NCBI RefSeq assembly: GCF_018977255.1
Contig: NW_024704751.1
Location: 8,618,001-8,682,000, forward strand
DNA length: 64,000 bases
DNA from: Callorhinchus milii
Lineage: Eukaryota
Direction: 5' to 3'
Position 1 is the first letter of the stretch; each line of letters starts with the position of its first letter. The translations under genes were made by a program, and so were the position numbers. The notes below the pieces were generated by a model, which saw only the letters and a program-made list of their open reading frames with translations, was not told the origin of the DNA and ran no database searches. Shown piece by piece: positions 1 to 11,064 of this stretch.

Positions 1-40
1 ATTGGACATTATTGCAGAGATAACAGAATACGAAGCTTCT
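1..40 (+). CDS. Uncharacterised EF-hand protein, partial internal exon (5' end outside window): LDIIAEITEYEAS
   Basis: Open frame from nt 2 ends at consensus donor TCT|GTAAGT (41). Phase 0 matches the next exon. Confidence 0.75.
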
Positions 41-139
41 GTAAGTCACACATCATCGCTCTTCCCAACCAGAACGGTCCCAAATCCCGGCCCATGACTA
101 TGTTGCGCACGAGTGGATCTCTGACTTTGCACGATCATG

Positions 140-486
140 GAGTCCCGTGTAGCTCAGTGGTTAGAGCACTCGCCTCGCAAGCGAGAGGTCCTGGGTTCGA
201 TTCCCGGGCGGGGCAAACCCTTTGGCAAGTTTCCTTACTCTGCACGCCTGTCTACCAGCAGTAAGTAGGAACGCGGTTGTTAGTGGATCACTTTTTGGGG
301 GGGTTATGATCCCTCAAGAAATAATTACCACTGTTTGTGGGACGCTGCTGTGCGCAATTGGCTGCCCCGTTTAACCCACAAAATACACAGTCAATCCACT
401 TTACAATACATTCTGTGAAGCGCTTTAAGACGTCTCACCAATGTGATAAGGCACTATATCAACTGCAAGGCTTATTATTCTTCTTC
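140..486 (+). mobile_element. tRNA(Ala)-headed SINE with Deu-domain-like core and L2-like 3' tail (long variant)
   Basis: A box TAGCTCAGTGG, B box GGTTCGATTCC, core GTGGGACGCTGCTGTGCGCAATTGGCTGCC, tail GAAGCGCTTT...TATATCAA..GCAAGG(TTA)n. Many copies occur in the window. Confidence 0.9.
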
Positions 487-498
487 AACTGTTTTCAG

Positions 499-589
499 AG
501 GGTGAGAATGCCAACGGTGCCCACCCGCCTGGCTCTCTCGAGGCAGATCAGCCGTTTCCAGCTGCCCATGGACATCAAGACACTGGAGA
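499..589 (+). CDS. Uncharacterised EF-hand protein exon: [30 protein letters not shown]
   Basis: Acceptor ttcttcaactgttttcag|, donor GA|GTAGGT; 91 nt, phase 0->1, frame-consistent with both neighbours. Confidence 0.85.
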
Positions 590-749
590 GTAGGTGCTCG
601 CCCAGTCAGCTCGCTGCAGCTCAGAACAAACACCAGCAAACACATGGTCCAAGGTGTCAGTCGGAGCCAGCACCTCCACGGTGTTTGACCTGCACTCTGC
701 TCCGTGCTCGTCATCAGTCCCTGGGGCCAGAGAGCTGAGAATTGCGTCA

Positions 750-870
750 ACCTGGCTCAGTCGGTAACACTCTCTCTCGCCTCTGAGTCAGAAGTTTGTG
801 GGTTCAAGGGCCCACGTCGGGACTTGGAATCACATATTCTAAGCTGACACTCCAATGCAGTGCTGCGGGT
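750..870 (+). mobile_element. 5' fragment of an older DeuSINE-like element (SacSINE1-like head)
   Basis: CCTGGCTCAGTCGGTAACACTCT..GCCTCTGAGTCAGAAG..GGGTTCAAG...GCTGACACTCCA; homologous to copies at about 56910 and 61590. Confidence 0.6.
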
Positions 871-1024
871 GGGGGTTTGCATTGATATCTATCTATCGAT
901 AACATATCGATGCAGAGAATGAGAATGTGTTCCATTCCTTGGCCTCGACTCTTCACGTTGGAACTGCACAGATCAATAGGAAACTGCAAAAAACATTCTT
1001 AAATCTTTTCTGTCTGTGTGCCAG

Positions 1025-1143
1025 CTCTGTCACCTCAGGACTACCTGATGAAATACTGCATTGTCTGCAAGAGACGGCAAGTTCACTACAAGAAATCGTT
1101 TGACAAGTTTGACAAGGACAGAGACGGAATTCTCTCGTTCCAG
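1025..1143 (+). CDS. Uncharacterised EF-hand protein exon: (T)LSPQDYLMKYCIVCKRRQVHYKKSFDKFDKDRDGILSFQ
   Basis: Acceptor tcttttctgtctgtgtgccag|, donor CAG|GTACTG; 119 nt, phase 1->0. Encodes the EF-hand loop DKDRDGILSFQ, completed by E from the next exon. Confidence 0.88.
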
Positions 1144-1754
1144 GTACTGTAGCAGTAACGAGTATTTGAATCCTTCTGACAGTGATAGAACCAAACAACG
1201 TCTAGTCCGTAAGCTTTGGCTTAAAGACGCTGCGTCAACACACAGAACATGAGTTTTAATGCTGTTGACCTAAACGCCTAAGGGAGTTTTTAAGGAGGAT
1301 TTGAGGATAGGGCAAAAAGCAGTAACTCCATTGTTGAAACTGTCATTTGCTGACAAATAGTCACTACACTTGACATGATGTTGGAAATGTTCCAGAGAAC
1401 TATGGGGTGAAGGTTGACGATGGTGGAGCAAAGAAAAAAAGACCTCAATAAAAAGAGGATTTCTCCCAGAGCCAAAGCCAACAGTCCTTCAACCAAGTTG
1501 GTCATTCGTCTCCTGGTTTTGTGTGGGATCTCACTATGTTGAAGCTGCCTGTCTTTTGCTGACAAATATTGCAGTCACAACACTTGACAGCAGTTATCGA
1601 TGGAAGCATTTAGACATTTTTTCCGGGTGTAATAATCACTCCATTGTCCCCATTTTACCGGACAATCCCGAGCCCTTTCGGGGGAAGTCAGTCTCCGCCA
1701 CTGGATTGGAAGCTCACACTCTAACTCTAATGCTATCTACCCCACCCCCCCCAG

Positions 1755-1918
1755 GAGATGGAGAAGGCACTGATCGACGTTTACTTCAACACCATCACCT
1801 CCCGGGACGTCAGGCGAGTGACGGAGCTCCTGCTCGCCGACGAGAGCACAAGATTCACTCACAAACTCTTCATCCCGCTCTGTGCTCTCTCCGAGCGCCT
1901 CCTCTACACAATGTTTGA
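1755..1918 (+). CDS. Uncharacterised EF-hand protein exon: EMEKALIDVYFNTITSRDVRRVTELLLADESTRFTHKLFIPLCALSERLLYTMF
   Basis: Branch-like CTAAC at 1721, C-rich tract and CAG| acceptor, donor GA|GTAAGT; 164 nt, phase 0->2, no stops. Confidence 0.88.
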
Positions 1919-2366
1919 GTAAGTTTAAAGCACATCCTATTCTGTCCCTAAAATCTTACAGCTAAGCTTCACCCCAACAGCTGTCAGCAAACACTGTAAT
2001 ACACTTGGACCACTGTGACCGAAGGTGCGATCAAGGAAGGTCTTGTAGGAGGCAAGGGAGGGATTATGAGATTGGAGTTCCAGAGGCTGGGGGCAGAAAG
2101 GCTGAAAGCCCAACCGCTGATAGTGGGGCGAATAACAAATGGGCGCGAGCGAATAAGCAAACCCCTGAGATACCTACCTTTATTCTGGGAAGAATCCCCA
2201 AGAAAGGGAAAGCACAGGGCATTGAAACTGTGAAATTCTTACCGCCTGGAGTGGGAGCAAGTCATTCACTCATCTCTGGAGTGATAGAAAAGCATTACAG
2301 CGAAGAATCTATGAAAAAGATAATTAAACTACACGTATGATCTGGGGAATGTGCTTCCTCCCCCAG

Positions 2367-2499
2367 GCCCGAGGACAGGGAAGACAATGAGTACAGGGAG
2401 AAGCCCACGGTGGAAGAGGCTGACGTGTGGGGCTTGAACTGGAAATTTCAAGGCTGCGAAATCAGTGATGATGTAAAGAGACTGATCTCCGTGCTTTAG
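2367..2499 (+). CDS. Uncharacterised EF-hand protein terminal coding exon: (E)PEDREDNEYREKPTVEEADVWGLNWKFQGCEISDDVKRLISVL*
   Basis: Acceptor tgcttcctccccccag-type pyrimidine tract ending at 2366; phase 2 matches; stop TAG at 2497-2499. Confidence 0.85.
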
Positions 2500-2599
2500 A
2501 AGCTGCGACTAATGCACCGTATGAGGAAACATGGCCAGTCCTGCCAATGGTGTTTCCAGTAACTGGGGAGACATGTGGATACAATATAATAATTTTGGC

Positions 2600-2880
2600 A
2601 TTTGTGGATTGAATGTGTATTTTGTGGCCAAAATGCAGCTGCCAATTAATTGCACACAGCAGTGCCCCACAAACGGTTATGGATTAAGTGACCACATTTT
2701 TTTTTATTGTCCCCACAAAGCGATCCACCAATCGACTAACAACCAGGTTAATCCTTCCATTCGATATAGCGCCTTATCGCGTCGTCAAGCCATCTCAAAA
2801 CACTTGATAGAATTACACTCTAAAGTGAATTGACTAATTTGCAGGTGAAACACAGCAGTCAATTGCACACAGCTGTGTAA
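2600..2880 (-). mobile_element. Two adjacent SINE fragments just 3' of the EF-hand gene stop
   Basis: Reverse complements of the SINE core (GCAGCTGCCAATT..GCACACAGCAGTGCCCCACAAAC) and tail (GATATAGCGCCTTATCGCGTCG). Confidence 0.7.
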
Positions 2881-3267
2881 ATGTAGACTGGGAATAACAG
2901 TGTGACACCCACTGCCCAAAATGTTATTGGAAATTATTCCTCTAAATAAGTCACTTGATTTTATTACAAACAATATACCCTACTCTCATCATTGCGTCAG
3001 TCTGGTGCTGAAATGTTGGTAGTAGCCCCACCACAGATGGGCGCATTACTCATCTACTAGTCTCGATTTTATAGCGACAACCCAGTTAACTTCCTTAATC
3101 TCCGGTTTTGACAAGGAAACAAATGTTAGCAACACCCTCTCCCTCTTCACTGAATGTATCTGAACACCATATTCCTTCCCCTCAAACTGCCTTTTGAAAG
3201 AACGAGATCACTCACACAATCACTTAATGACAGGATGAACAGCAAAACAGATCTTAATTTAGGTTCT

Positions 3268-3284
3268 TTTATTTTAAGTTTAAT
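3268..3284 (-). terminator. Probable distal poly(A) signals of YWHAE (ATTAAA 3284-3279, AATAAA 3273-3268)
   Basis: Tandem hexamers about 1 kb after the stop, followed on the minus strand by U/GU-rich sequence (tctgttttgctgtt). Confidence 0.7.
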
Positions 3285-3963
3285 ATTAATCCATGCTGTG
3301 TTTCAGTAAGAAGGATACAGATCTGTATCGGTGGCTCCAGTCAGATATATCCAGTAGTACAAATTAGCTTCAAGTTACACATACTGAACAAAGAGAGAGA
3401 GAGAGAGTAGGGGGAAGGGGAAGAGGTGGTGGAGTGGGTAAGAAAAAAAACTTGTTTTAACAAGCATGCAGGCTTCCAACAGCAGCTCGAACAGAACCTG
3501 CTCTGCCAGGATGGACAAAAAAGGCAAAGGACAGCATTCCATGGATTTTAACTGTCACCTGCTAGCTTCCAGGGTTATCAAACTGAAGGGGAAAAATGCC
3601 GTGCATACATACGTACAGGCTTCAGAAGGGTTCTTGGAGCAAGCTATTTAATGCTCACAGGGAACATATCAGTTTGTTTGACCACACTGGGTAAATGAGT
3701 GTAAAAAAACAAACTTTTTTTTTTAAAAAAAGAAAAGCAAACCAGAAGCATGCAGGTTACAGAGGGTTAGGACACTTCAGCACACTGTCAACGCAGCACA
3801 CATCTCAGTTGTGCTGACGGTTTCTCAGCGCACACACACGCACGCACACAGTTTGGCTCAGTTGTCAAATCACTGTGATTCACGGCCAAGCACCAGTTCC
3901 AATTTGCTGCTCAGATCTCGAATAAGTAAAAGTGTAACAGGACATGAATTATTCACAAGTTGG

Positions 3964-3990
3964 TTTAATATGTAGGTCGAACAGTTTATT
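3964..3990 (-). terminator. Possible proximal poly(A) signals of YWHAE (AATAAA 3990-3985, ATTAAA 3969-3964)
   Basis: Hexamer pair about 270 nt after the stop; usage is not demonstrable from sequence. Confidence 0.4.
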
Positions 3991-4262
3991 CAAGGTTCCC
4001 AAAGATTTGTGGTATTACTGAAAGAAAGCAGGTTCCAGTTAAGATATCCACAGATGGCCACAACATTGCCTTAAGATTTTTTTTAACAATAAAAAATAAA
4101 ATAAAAAACAAAAATAACCCTTGGAGCCCAAATGGGCACATAACTAATTCTGAGATCCAGCACCAACATCAAATTCACTGGCTCTCAGCTTGGACTAGGA
4201 CTGCGGGAAGGGCAGGAAGGGAAGGTGGGGGCAGACAGGGTCTTCTCGTTGGCCATGTCTTC

Positions 4263-4312
4263 TCACTGATTTTCATCCTCAACGTCCTGCAGCTCTTTAG
4301 TCTGCTCTTCAC
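4263..4312 (-). CDS. YWHAE: 14-3-3 epsilon exon 6: (G)EEQTKELQDVEDENQ*
   Basis: Acceptor ttttcttcctgcacag|; C-terminus matches vertebrate 14-3-3 epsilon (one residue shorter than human); TGA at 4265-4263. Confidence 0.96.
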
Positions 4313-7300
4313 CTGTGCAGGAAGAAAATAAGGCAAAGAGAAGGGTCACTTTTCAGCACATCAACAGTGCATCCATACACCCAATGGGTTCTGACCTCCG
4401 AAGCACAGACCCATGCAGCTTTCTGGAGAAATACCAGTTGCATTTCATTCCAGCCAACAAAATAATGGGACACAAATTTACTCCACAGAAATGCAACAGC
4501 CACACATTGATCATACACACACCTCATTCTGGAGCCACTACAATTTACTGAGAAGTACAGAAAAGGTAGAACGCCCCCTTCATGCTCAGCCACAGGCACA
4601 TACAATAAAAATTATTATTATTAAAAAGGACCATCACAATGGTTCACTACAACCCAGCATGCAGAGTATATCGGATGATACTGCAGTACTTAATGTGCTG
4701 GACAAAGATCATTTCAACCTTTCCCTCACTGAGAAGAGAATCTAAATGACAAAATGTTCTCTATAGCAGACAGTTTATAGAGGCTGACTTGAAGGGTTAA
4801 GTTGATCTCAAAGTACATTCATAAATGAAACGACCAATTACCAGAATAAATAATTGAGTCAACAATAAGGTAAAGTGCATAGAAAGTTATGCATTCTCAG
4901 CTTCTTCCCTCTGCTGAGGGAAGGGTGGAGTTCAGAGGTTGAATTTTTCACAAGATACCTAGGCACTCACTAACTTAACATTTGAAAGCAATTCTCCCAT
5001 TTTGTCCACAAATGCAACAATCCTTGCATTTGATATAGTGCTTATTGAAATGTCTTGATGTTAAGAGTTTTTTGTAAAGTGTTTTAATTATGCACTGCAA
5101 AGATGCAAATGTGGTTACACCACAAAGGTTCACAGCAAAGTCGTGGGTTGGATCTTAAGTTAACAGCTAACTTGCTTCATGTTATGTGCAAGAATACTGA
5201 ATGCATTGAAGGCCACAATGACAAATACCAGAATTACTATTGGTTTATATAAAGATCCACATTACAGGGAAGAGAAATGAATAGAGGTCAGACTTCAAAC
5301 ACCCACAAGTGATTTCACCAAATATTAATCCAAACCCTGCCAGACAGCAGGTAAGGATTATGGTTCCTGACACAATGGTGTTAAACATTAATTACTTCAA
5401 GGTTAGCTGGAGGTTGCACATTACTACATGCACGAATGCCAGATTCCTAAGAACTACCTTCCCTTAAAGCTGCAGGGAATGCTCTGTACACTATATTCCG
5501 GCAGGTTGATTAATGTGCCGCAATCTATTCACCCTCCCCAACCCCAACATCTCAGCCCAGTTTGGATCATAGTCTGTAAGTGGCTTGTAACTAGATAAAG
5601 GAAGGGTACTGCAGTGCTGGCCTTCAGGAGTCTGAAGAAAAAAACCATGTTAAACCACAATTAAATCACACTTTTGATTAAGCGTCAAAAGGCTTTGCCA
5701 TTAACTCATTTCCGAGCGAGTGCTTCATGAGTAGAGGCATGTGTGTACAGCTGATTTAACAGGTTCTCTGTGCAAGGGTAGGTTTGTGTAGCCAATGAAC
5801 AATTATTCCATCTTTGGAACCACTGATTCCTGCCCATACAGATGGATTTCTGCGATGTGAAAGTATTCTGCTAATTGAAATTAAGGGGAGCATCAATTAA
5901 AGTGGCCATAATTTAGTATCTTACTCACACCTAACAAATGGCTGGTATGTGGTGTAGTAATACAAGTCCTCTTCCAAGGCTGGGATCTGGGAGTGCAAGT
6001 AAGGACAGGAGTTTTATCCTACATGCAATGTACCATATCCTAAGTCTAATGTACAAGTGAGCGCATGCCTTAATAATTGTGGTCATAGCACCAATTAACA
6101 TAAACTCCCTGACACAACTAGTGAGGAGTCACTATAGCTTTAAGAGCGGTAAAGGAACATATCCAAATAGACAAAGAACCAACAAAAAACTTTCACTTGA
6201 GGATGCCCGGATTAAGGACACAAAGAGCAACCTCTCTGCATACACCAAGAGTCAAACAATCTAAATCCCAATGAAGGCTGATTCACTGGATTCTCTGGGC
6301 TGCTTGCATGGAGCATGCTTTAGATGAGACCACCACAAGAAGGTTGAAACCTTAACTCAGCACACCCAGATCCATTCCAGCGTCATGTCCAGGGTGTGTA
6401 ATAGTGGGTGACAAATCAGTAACATGGAGGTTAGTATATAGAGGCAGCAGATGTCACGATACTACCATAAATGGACAAAACCCACAAACGGATTTTGAAC
6501 CATTGTTCAAAACAAAAATCTTCCTTTGCACAGAACCTGCCAAATACCACAAAACTTCTCTACCAATGAAGCCAGAGGGTGTCTTTGGAGCTGTTCTATT
6601 AACTAGAAACCAGTGTACAAAACAAACGATCAAAGGCTTTCGATATAGGGCGTATGGATGGCAACCTTGGAAATGTGACCGATATCAAAAGCAGACTATG
6701 GCAGACTCTCTTTGAAGATGCACTGTCATTCAGAATGTCTGGCTTGCAAACCAGACAGGCCCTGAACAGAAAAACCAACACAACGCGAGGAAGGCAGGAT
6801 GTGCTTTTGCTTTTCTTCAAAGCAGCTTTGTGAAAGGTTTAATCAGGTTTAGGTTTAATCCATCAATTTCTATCAGACCACGAACTATGCGGTGGTGAAA
6901 TGTGGTCCGTTTCCCTCCAGCTGTCAGTCCATGTTAAAAGCATCTGCAAGCCCCAGGACGTGACTTCAGCAGCAACCTAATGATCCTTTCGTGTGTGAAA
7001 AGCCAGCAGGCATGGTGAAGCAAACCTGATTTATGCGCGCATTTTGGATTTTTTGTTAAATGTTGCAATCCACACCCCAAACATGTTAGAAGCAAACCAA
7101 CGTTATAAAAAAGCAAGTTATAACAGGATTTACCACAGTAACATTGACACACAGCCTCACAGTATAATTGTACACCTGGGCAACCAGCAGTTACATGGCA
7201 ACTTGCAAGCCAGAAATGCCAATACTTTCTTTTAAAAAAATAAAAGTATTGTGATATCGTTACGAGACAAAACAATTGCTTGGTGTTTTGAATGACTTAC

Positions 7301-7347
7301 AAAGGACAGATTACAAGGGAAATGAAGGGGTCAAATCCTTTAGGAAT
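7301..7347 (-). CDS. YWHAE: Alternative cassette exon of YWHAE encoding (D)S* (coding part 7347-7340)
   Basis: Long pyrimidine tract tgttttctcccttcccttctccttcctgaatag|ATTCCTAA..., donor TTT|GTAAGT at 7300. Joins exon 5 (phase 1) as G|AT TCC TAA. Confidence 0.75.
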
Positions 7348-7907
7348 CTATTCAGGAAGGAGAAGGGAAGGGAGAAAACAGGAAGAATGAATGCAAGGTC
7401 AAAAAGAGTCGAGTAAATTAAGCTATAAAAATAAAAAAAAAGGCAAATAAACAAAATGTGTCAGTGAAGTGGAAATGGGTGTTTTACAGTTATACAATGA
7501 GCCAAATTAGTTCACACGCCACTAGTGCTGCTCTGGGTTCTGTGCTCACGGGCAATGGTAAGAGGGCACCCCCACCAAACACACACAGTTGAATAAACAG
7601 GAGCTCGTGGCTAAGCACAGGGCACCAAATTTGGATTGTACGGATTCGTACTCAAGCTTCTCTTTTAAGAGTTTTGTCATTTTATCCCTCAGCTGGACAG
7701 TGTTACTCACACAGCTCAAATAATTTAAGATCTTTACCGGCAGTGGGATGGGGATGGGTGGGAGAACCAGGACACTTCAAATCAAATGACCCCAATCAGA
7801 TAAAGAGTTGCACTCTGCAGTAAACACCTTAACTACCAGGCCTAATGTGTCTATGTGCTCCCTGAATGCAAGTGAAAGTATTACTGAAAAATCAATGGCT
7901 TTTGTTA

Positions 7908-8066
<159 letters not shown>

Positions 8067-8471
8067 TTAGATACTTGAGCTTATTGCATTATTCTGCGGC
8101 ACCAATTTCTTCATTAAAAAACAACTTGAACGGGAGACAATACGATTGCAGCAGGTCCCGGTCCGCGCTCATGTTTTCCATACTCCTGCTGCACTAGTTT
8201 CTAAGGTTGTGGACTCTTAAGGTGACCCAGGGACTATAGTGAACCATCAATTATATACAGTGGAAAAAATCTGATTTCTCTCGAATAAGCTAGCACGCTG
8301 ATTCACTTAATTCCTGAACACGTTAGCACAGCGTCTTAAAAAAAATCTAGTTAGGCATATCAATACTTCACACCATTTAACAGCTTGAATGAGACATAAA
8401 TCTGTTACATCTCATCAAACGACTACCCCGCCACTCTCTTTCACATATGCGACACACACATACACACACAC

Positions 8472-8678
8472 CTGCAGGCACGGTCAGGAGAGTTGAGAAT
8501 TTCATAGTAGAATACGGAGAAATTCAAAGCAAGGCCTAAGCGAATGGGGTGTGTCGGCGGAAGTTCTGTCATTGCAATATCACTAGCTGCCTTGTATGCA
8601 ACCAGGCTGTTCTCTGCTGCCTCCTTCCTGTCGTTTCCTGTTGCAAACTCTGCGAGGTACCTGTGGTAATCGCCTTTC
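8472..8678 (-). CDS. YWHAE: 14-3-3 epsilon exon 4: [68 protein letters not shown]
   Basis: Hallmark 14-3-3 sequence; tag| acceptor, AG|GTGTGT donor; 207 nt. Confidence 0.98.
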
Positions 8679-9057
8679 CTACAATCAGAATACAGAAAGT
8701 CAGCGATGTTCACAAACACACTACAGTTGTATGGGAGTTACTGTTTGAAAAAGGGATAGACACTGTCTACACTATATTACCCTCCCCAGAATTCAGTGAA
8801 CCACTGAGAAAAACAAGCATGTATTTGACCACTTTGCGACATAGCCATTTAATTAATATGTCTAAATGATTTGCAGAGTAACTTGTGTGATGCAAGAAAG
8901 AGCAGCAGATAATTAGGCAAAATACTTCAACAAAAAAAGTAACATTGGGAGGCAGCAGTTTGCCGGGATTCTCAACCGAATAGAATAAAAGAAAAAAAAA
9001 TACATTCTGGTTGATCCCAGTCTCCCCCCTCCATATGCAGAAACAGTGAACACTTAC

Positions 9058-9164
9058 ATTTTATAGTAGAAAACCTTCGACTCCCCAGCAGTGGCAGCAG
9101 GAATGAGGTGTTTATCCAGTACATCCAAAATGTCGTTACAAATAGATTTCAGCTCGTTCTCAAC
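9058..9164 (-). CDS. YWHAE: 14-3-3 epsilon exon 3: [36 protein letters not shown]
   Basis: ttcag| acceptor, AT|GTAAGT donor; 107 nt; frame-consistent. Confidence 0.97.
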
Positions 9165-10440
9165 CTGAAATGACAGTTCATTTACTTCACACAATGGCCA
9201 TTCGTTACACCGAGAAAGAGATTGCTCAGAGATAGACTAAAGCAGTAGCAGTAAGACCCAGGGTGTCAAAGGCTTACCACATTTCATAGATTAACAGCAA
9301 GCACAAGCTTTACAGAGGGCTGTGAAAATGTGGAATATACTGCAATAGAAGGCTGTAAATGTAAAATTGATTGGGATCTTTAAAAATATACTTGGGAATG
9401 AAAGGTATTAAGGGACAGGAAGTGGCATTAAAAGATCTACAGTATTTTAAATAAGGGTAGAACAGCCTGGATGAGACCACCTTATGCTATGATGAATGCC
9501 ACTAAATTAGACCCTCTCTATTATCCAGATTAATGCAGCTCCAAAATAAATAGAGCTTAGTACCTCAAAGGTTCACAATGACTTTTAAACAGTTAGATGA
9601 TGTTGAGGAGAAAACTCCAGGGTGGTGAATTGATTTTTTTTAAAAAAAGGGAAGATATGCAGTGATCCTTGCAACAATCCCTATCCAGTGACTCACTTCT
9701 TGTAATTGAGGGTAAATGGGTGTTGAGTACAGAGTAGATTGGGTTTGGCTTTGGTGTTGTAAGTTTTTTAGTGGCCTCTCAACATGAGAAAGGATTGCTC
9801 CTGGAATCAGTAATCAAATGTGAAAGTGCACTCCAATGTATTCACCTTCAGCAAGGCAGGAGGGAAGTGAAAGAAAGTCACGTCATATGTAGCTGATCTC
9901 CATCTACACAAGGGAATTATACTGGGCTGAGAAGATTTGTAAAAAAAAATTGTCTGCTGTTTCAATATAACCCCTGGGGCAGACAGTTCTGTACTCCCAA
10001 ACAGTTGAGTTTAGCACAACATATGACTCAGATATGTACAGTATTCCAACCCTTCAGGGAATTATCACTTCTACATAAAGATGGAAATAAATGCCTGACC
10101 TCTATTACTAATCAAACACATTTTAAACATGGCCAAGTAATCATTAACAAGTTGAGTTTAAATTCAGTCACCAAATGGTTTCTCTCCACTAAATAGCATT
10201 TCACTGATGTCACAAGTTGGAACTTCGGCCAAGTTCCTCAAATACCAGTTCAATGAGATCACCAACATTTCACATGAGATCTTCAGGAATAAAATCCACC
10301 CAAATATGAACTGTAGATTTCCAAAGCAACAGTTGTAGGCCCAAACATTGGCTCACATCAATTGCCAATGTGGGGGCAAATTGATACTACAAACTGTCGG
10401 CCAAATACACTTAAAACGTAAGATCAATTTCTGCATTGTG

Positions 10441-10763
10441 GAGTCCTGTAGCTCAGTGGTTAGAGCGCTCGCTTTGCAAGTGAGAGACCTGAGTTCAATT
10501 CCCGGCAGAGGGCCAAACCTCGGGCAAGTTTCCTTACTCCACACAGAGCCTAATAATAATCCCTTCAAAACCAAAAACAATAATAAATTGGTCATTTTCA
10601 ATCTACGATTGTTTGTGGGACATTGCTGTGCGCAATTGGCTGCCGTATTCGCCCACAAATATACAGTCAATTCACTTTACAGTGTGTTCTGGGAGGCGCT
10701 TTGGGACGTCCTCCCGACGTGAAAAGCACTACATCAAATGCAAGGATTATTATTATTATTATT
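10441..10763 (+). mobile_element. Young full-length tRNA(Ala,TGC)-headed SINE (short variant) in YWHAE intron 2
   Basis: A/B boxes, Deu-like core, L2-like tail, (ATT)n end. Gap-free match to 57601-57916 with about 15 mismatches by manual count. Confidence 0.93.
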
Positions 10764-11064
10764 GTGAACATGGATCCACCCAGCAGAGTGTCCCGTTCCC
10801 CCCACCCCCCCAACCAATTACAACCTGAAGCATTTCCCAATCAATGGGCGTGACAGCAAGACAACCTTTTTTTTGTTAGATTACCAAAGAACAAGTTCCT
10901 GGGCTGCTCTTTTTAGAGAACCCTGCATCAGCATGGAATTTGAATTGATTGGGGCTGCCTACATTTAGACTACACTCACTGCAAATCACGCCTGCTCAAC
11001 CCTGACTTACATTACATATTGCAAGTGTACAGTATTGTGATTTTACTAGCTAAAGATTTTACGA

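Noticed and set aside
142-215. Near-complete tRNA-Ala(CGC) cloverleaf
   Set aside because: It has an extra base after the acceptor stem and no Pol III terminator right after it, and it continues directly into SINE body and tail. It is a SINE head, as are those at 10441 and 57601.
10348-10853. Similar ORFs recurring at about 10350, 34184 and 57453-58018 suggesting a gene family
   Set aside because: They are translations of the same SINE family.
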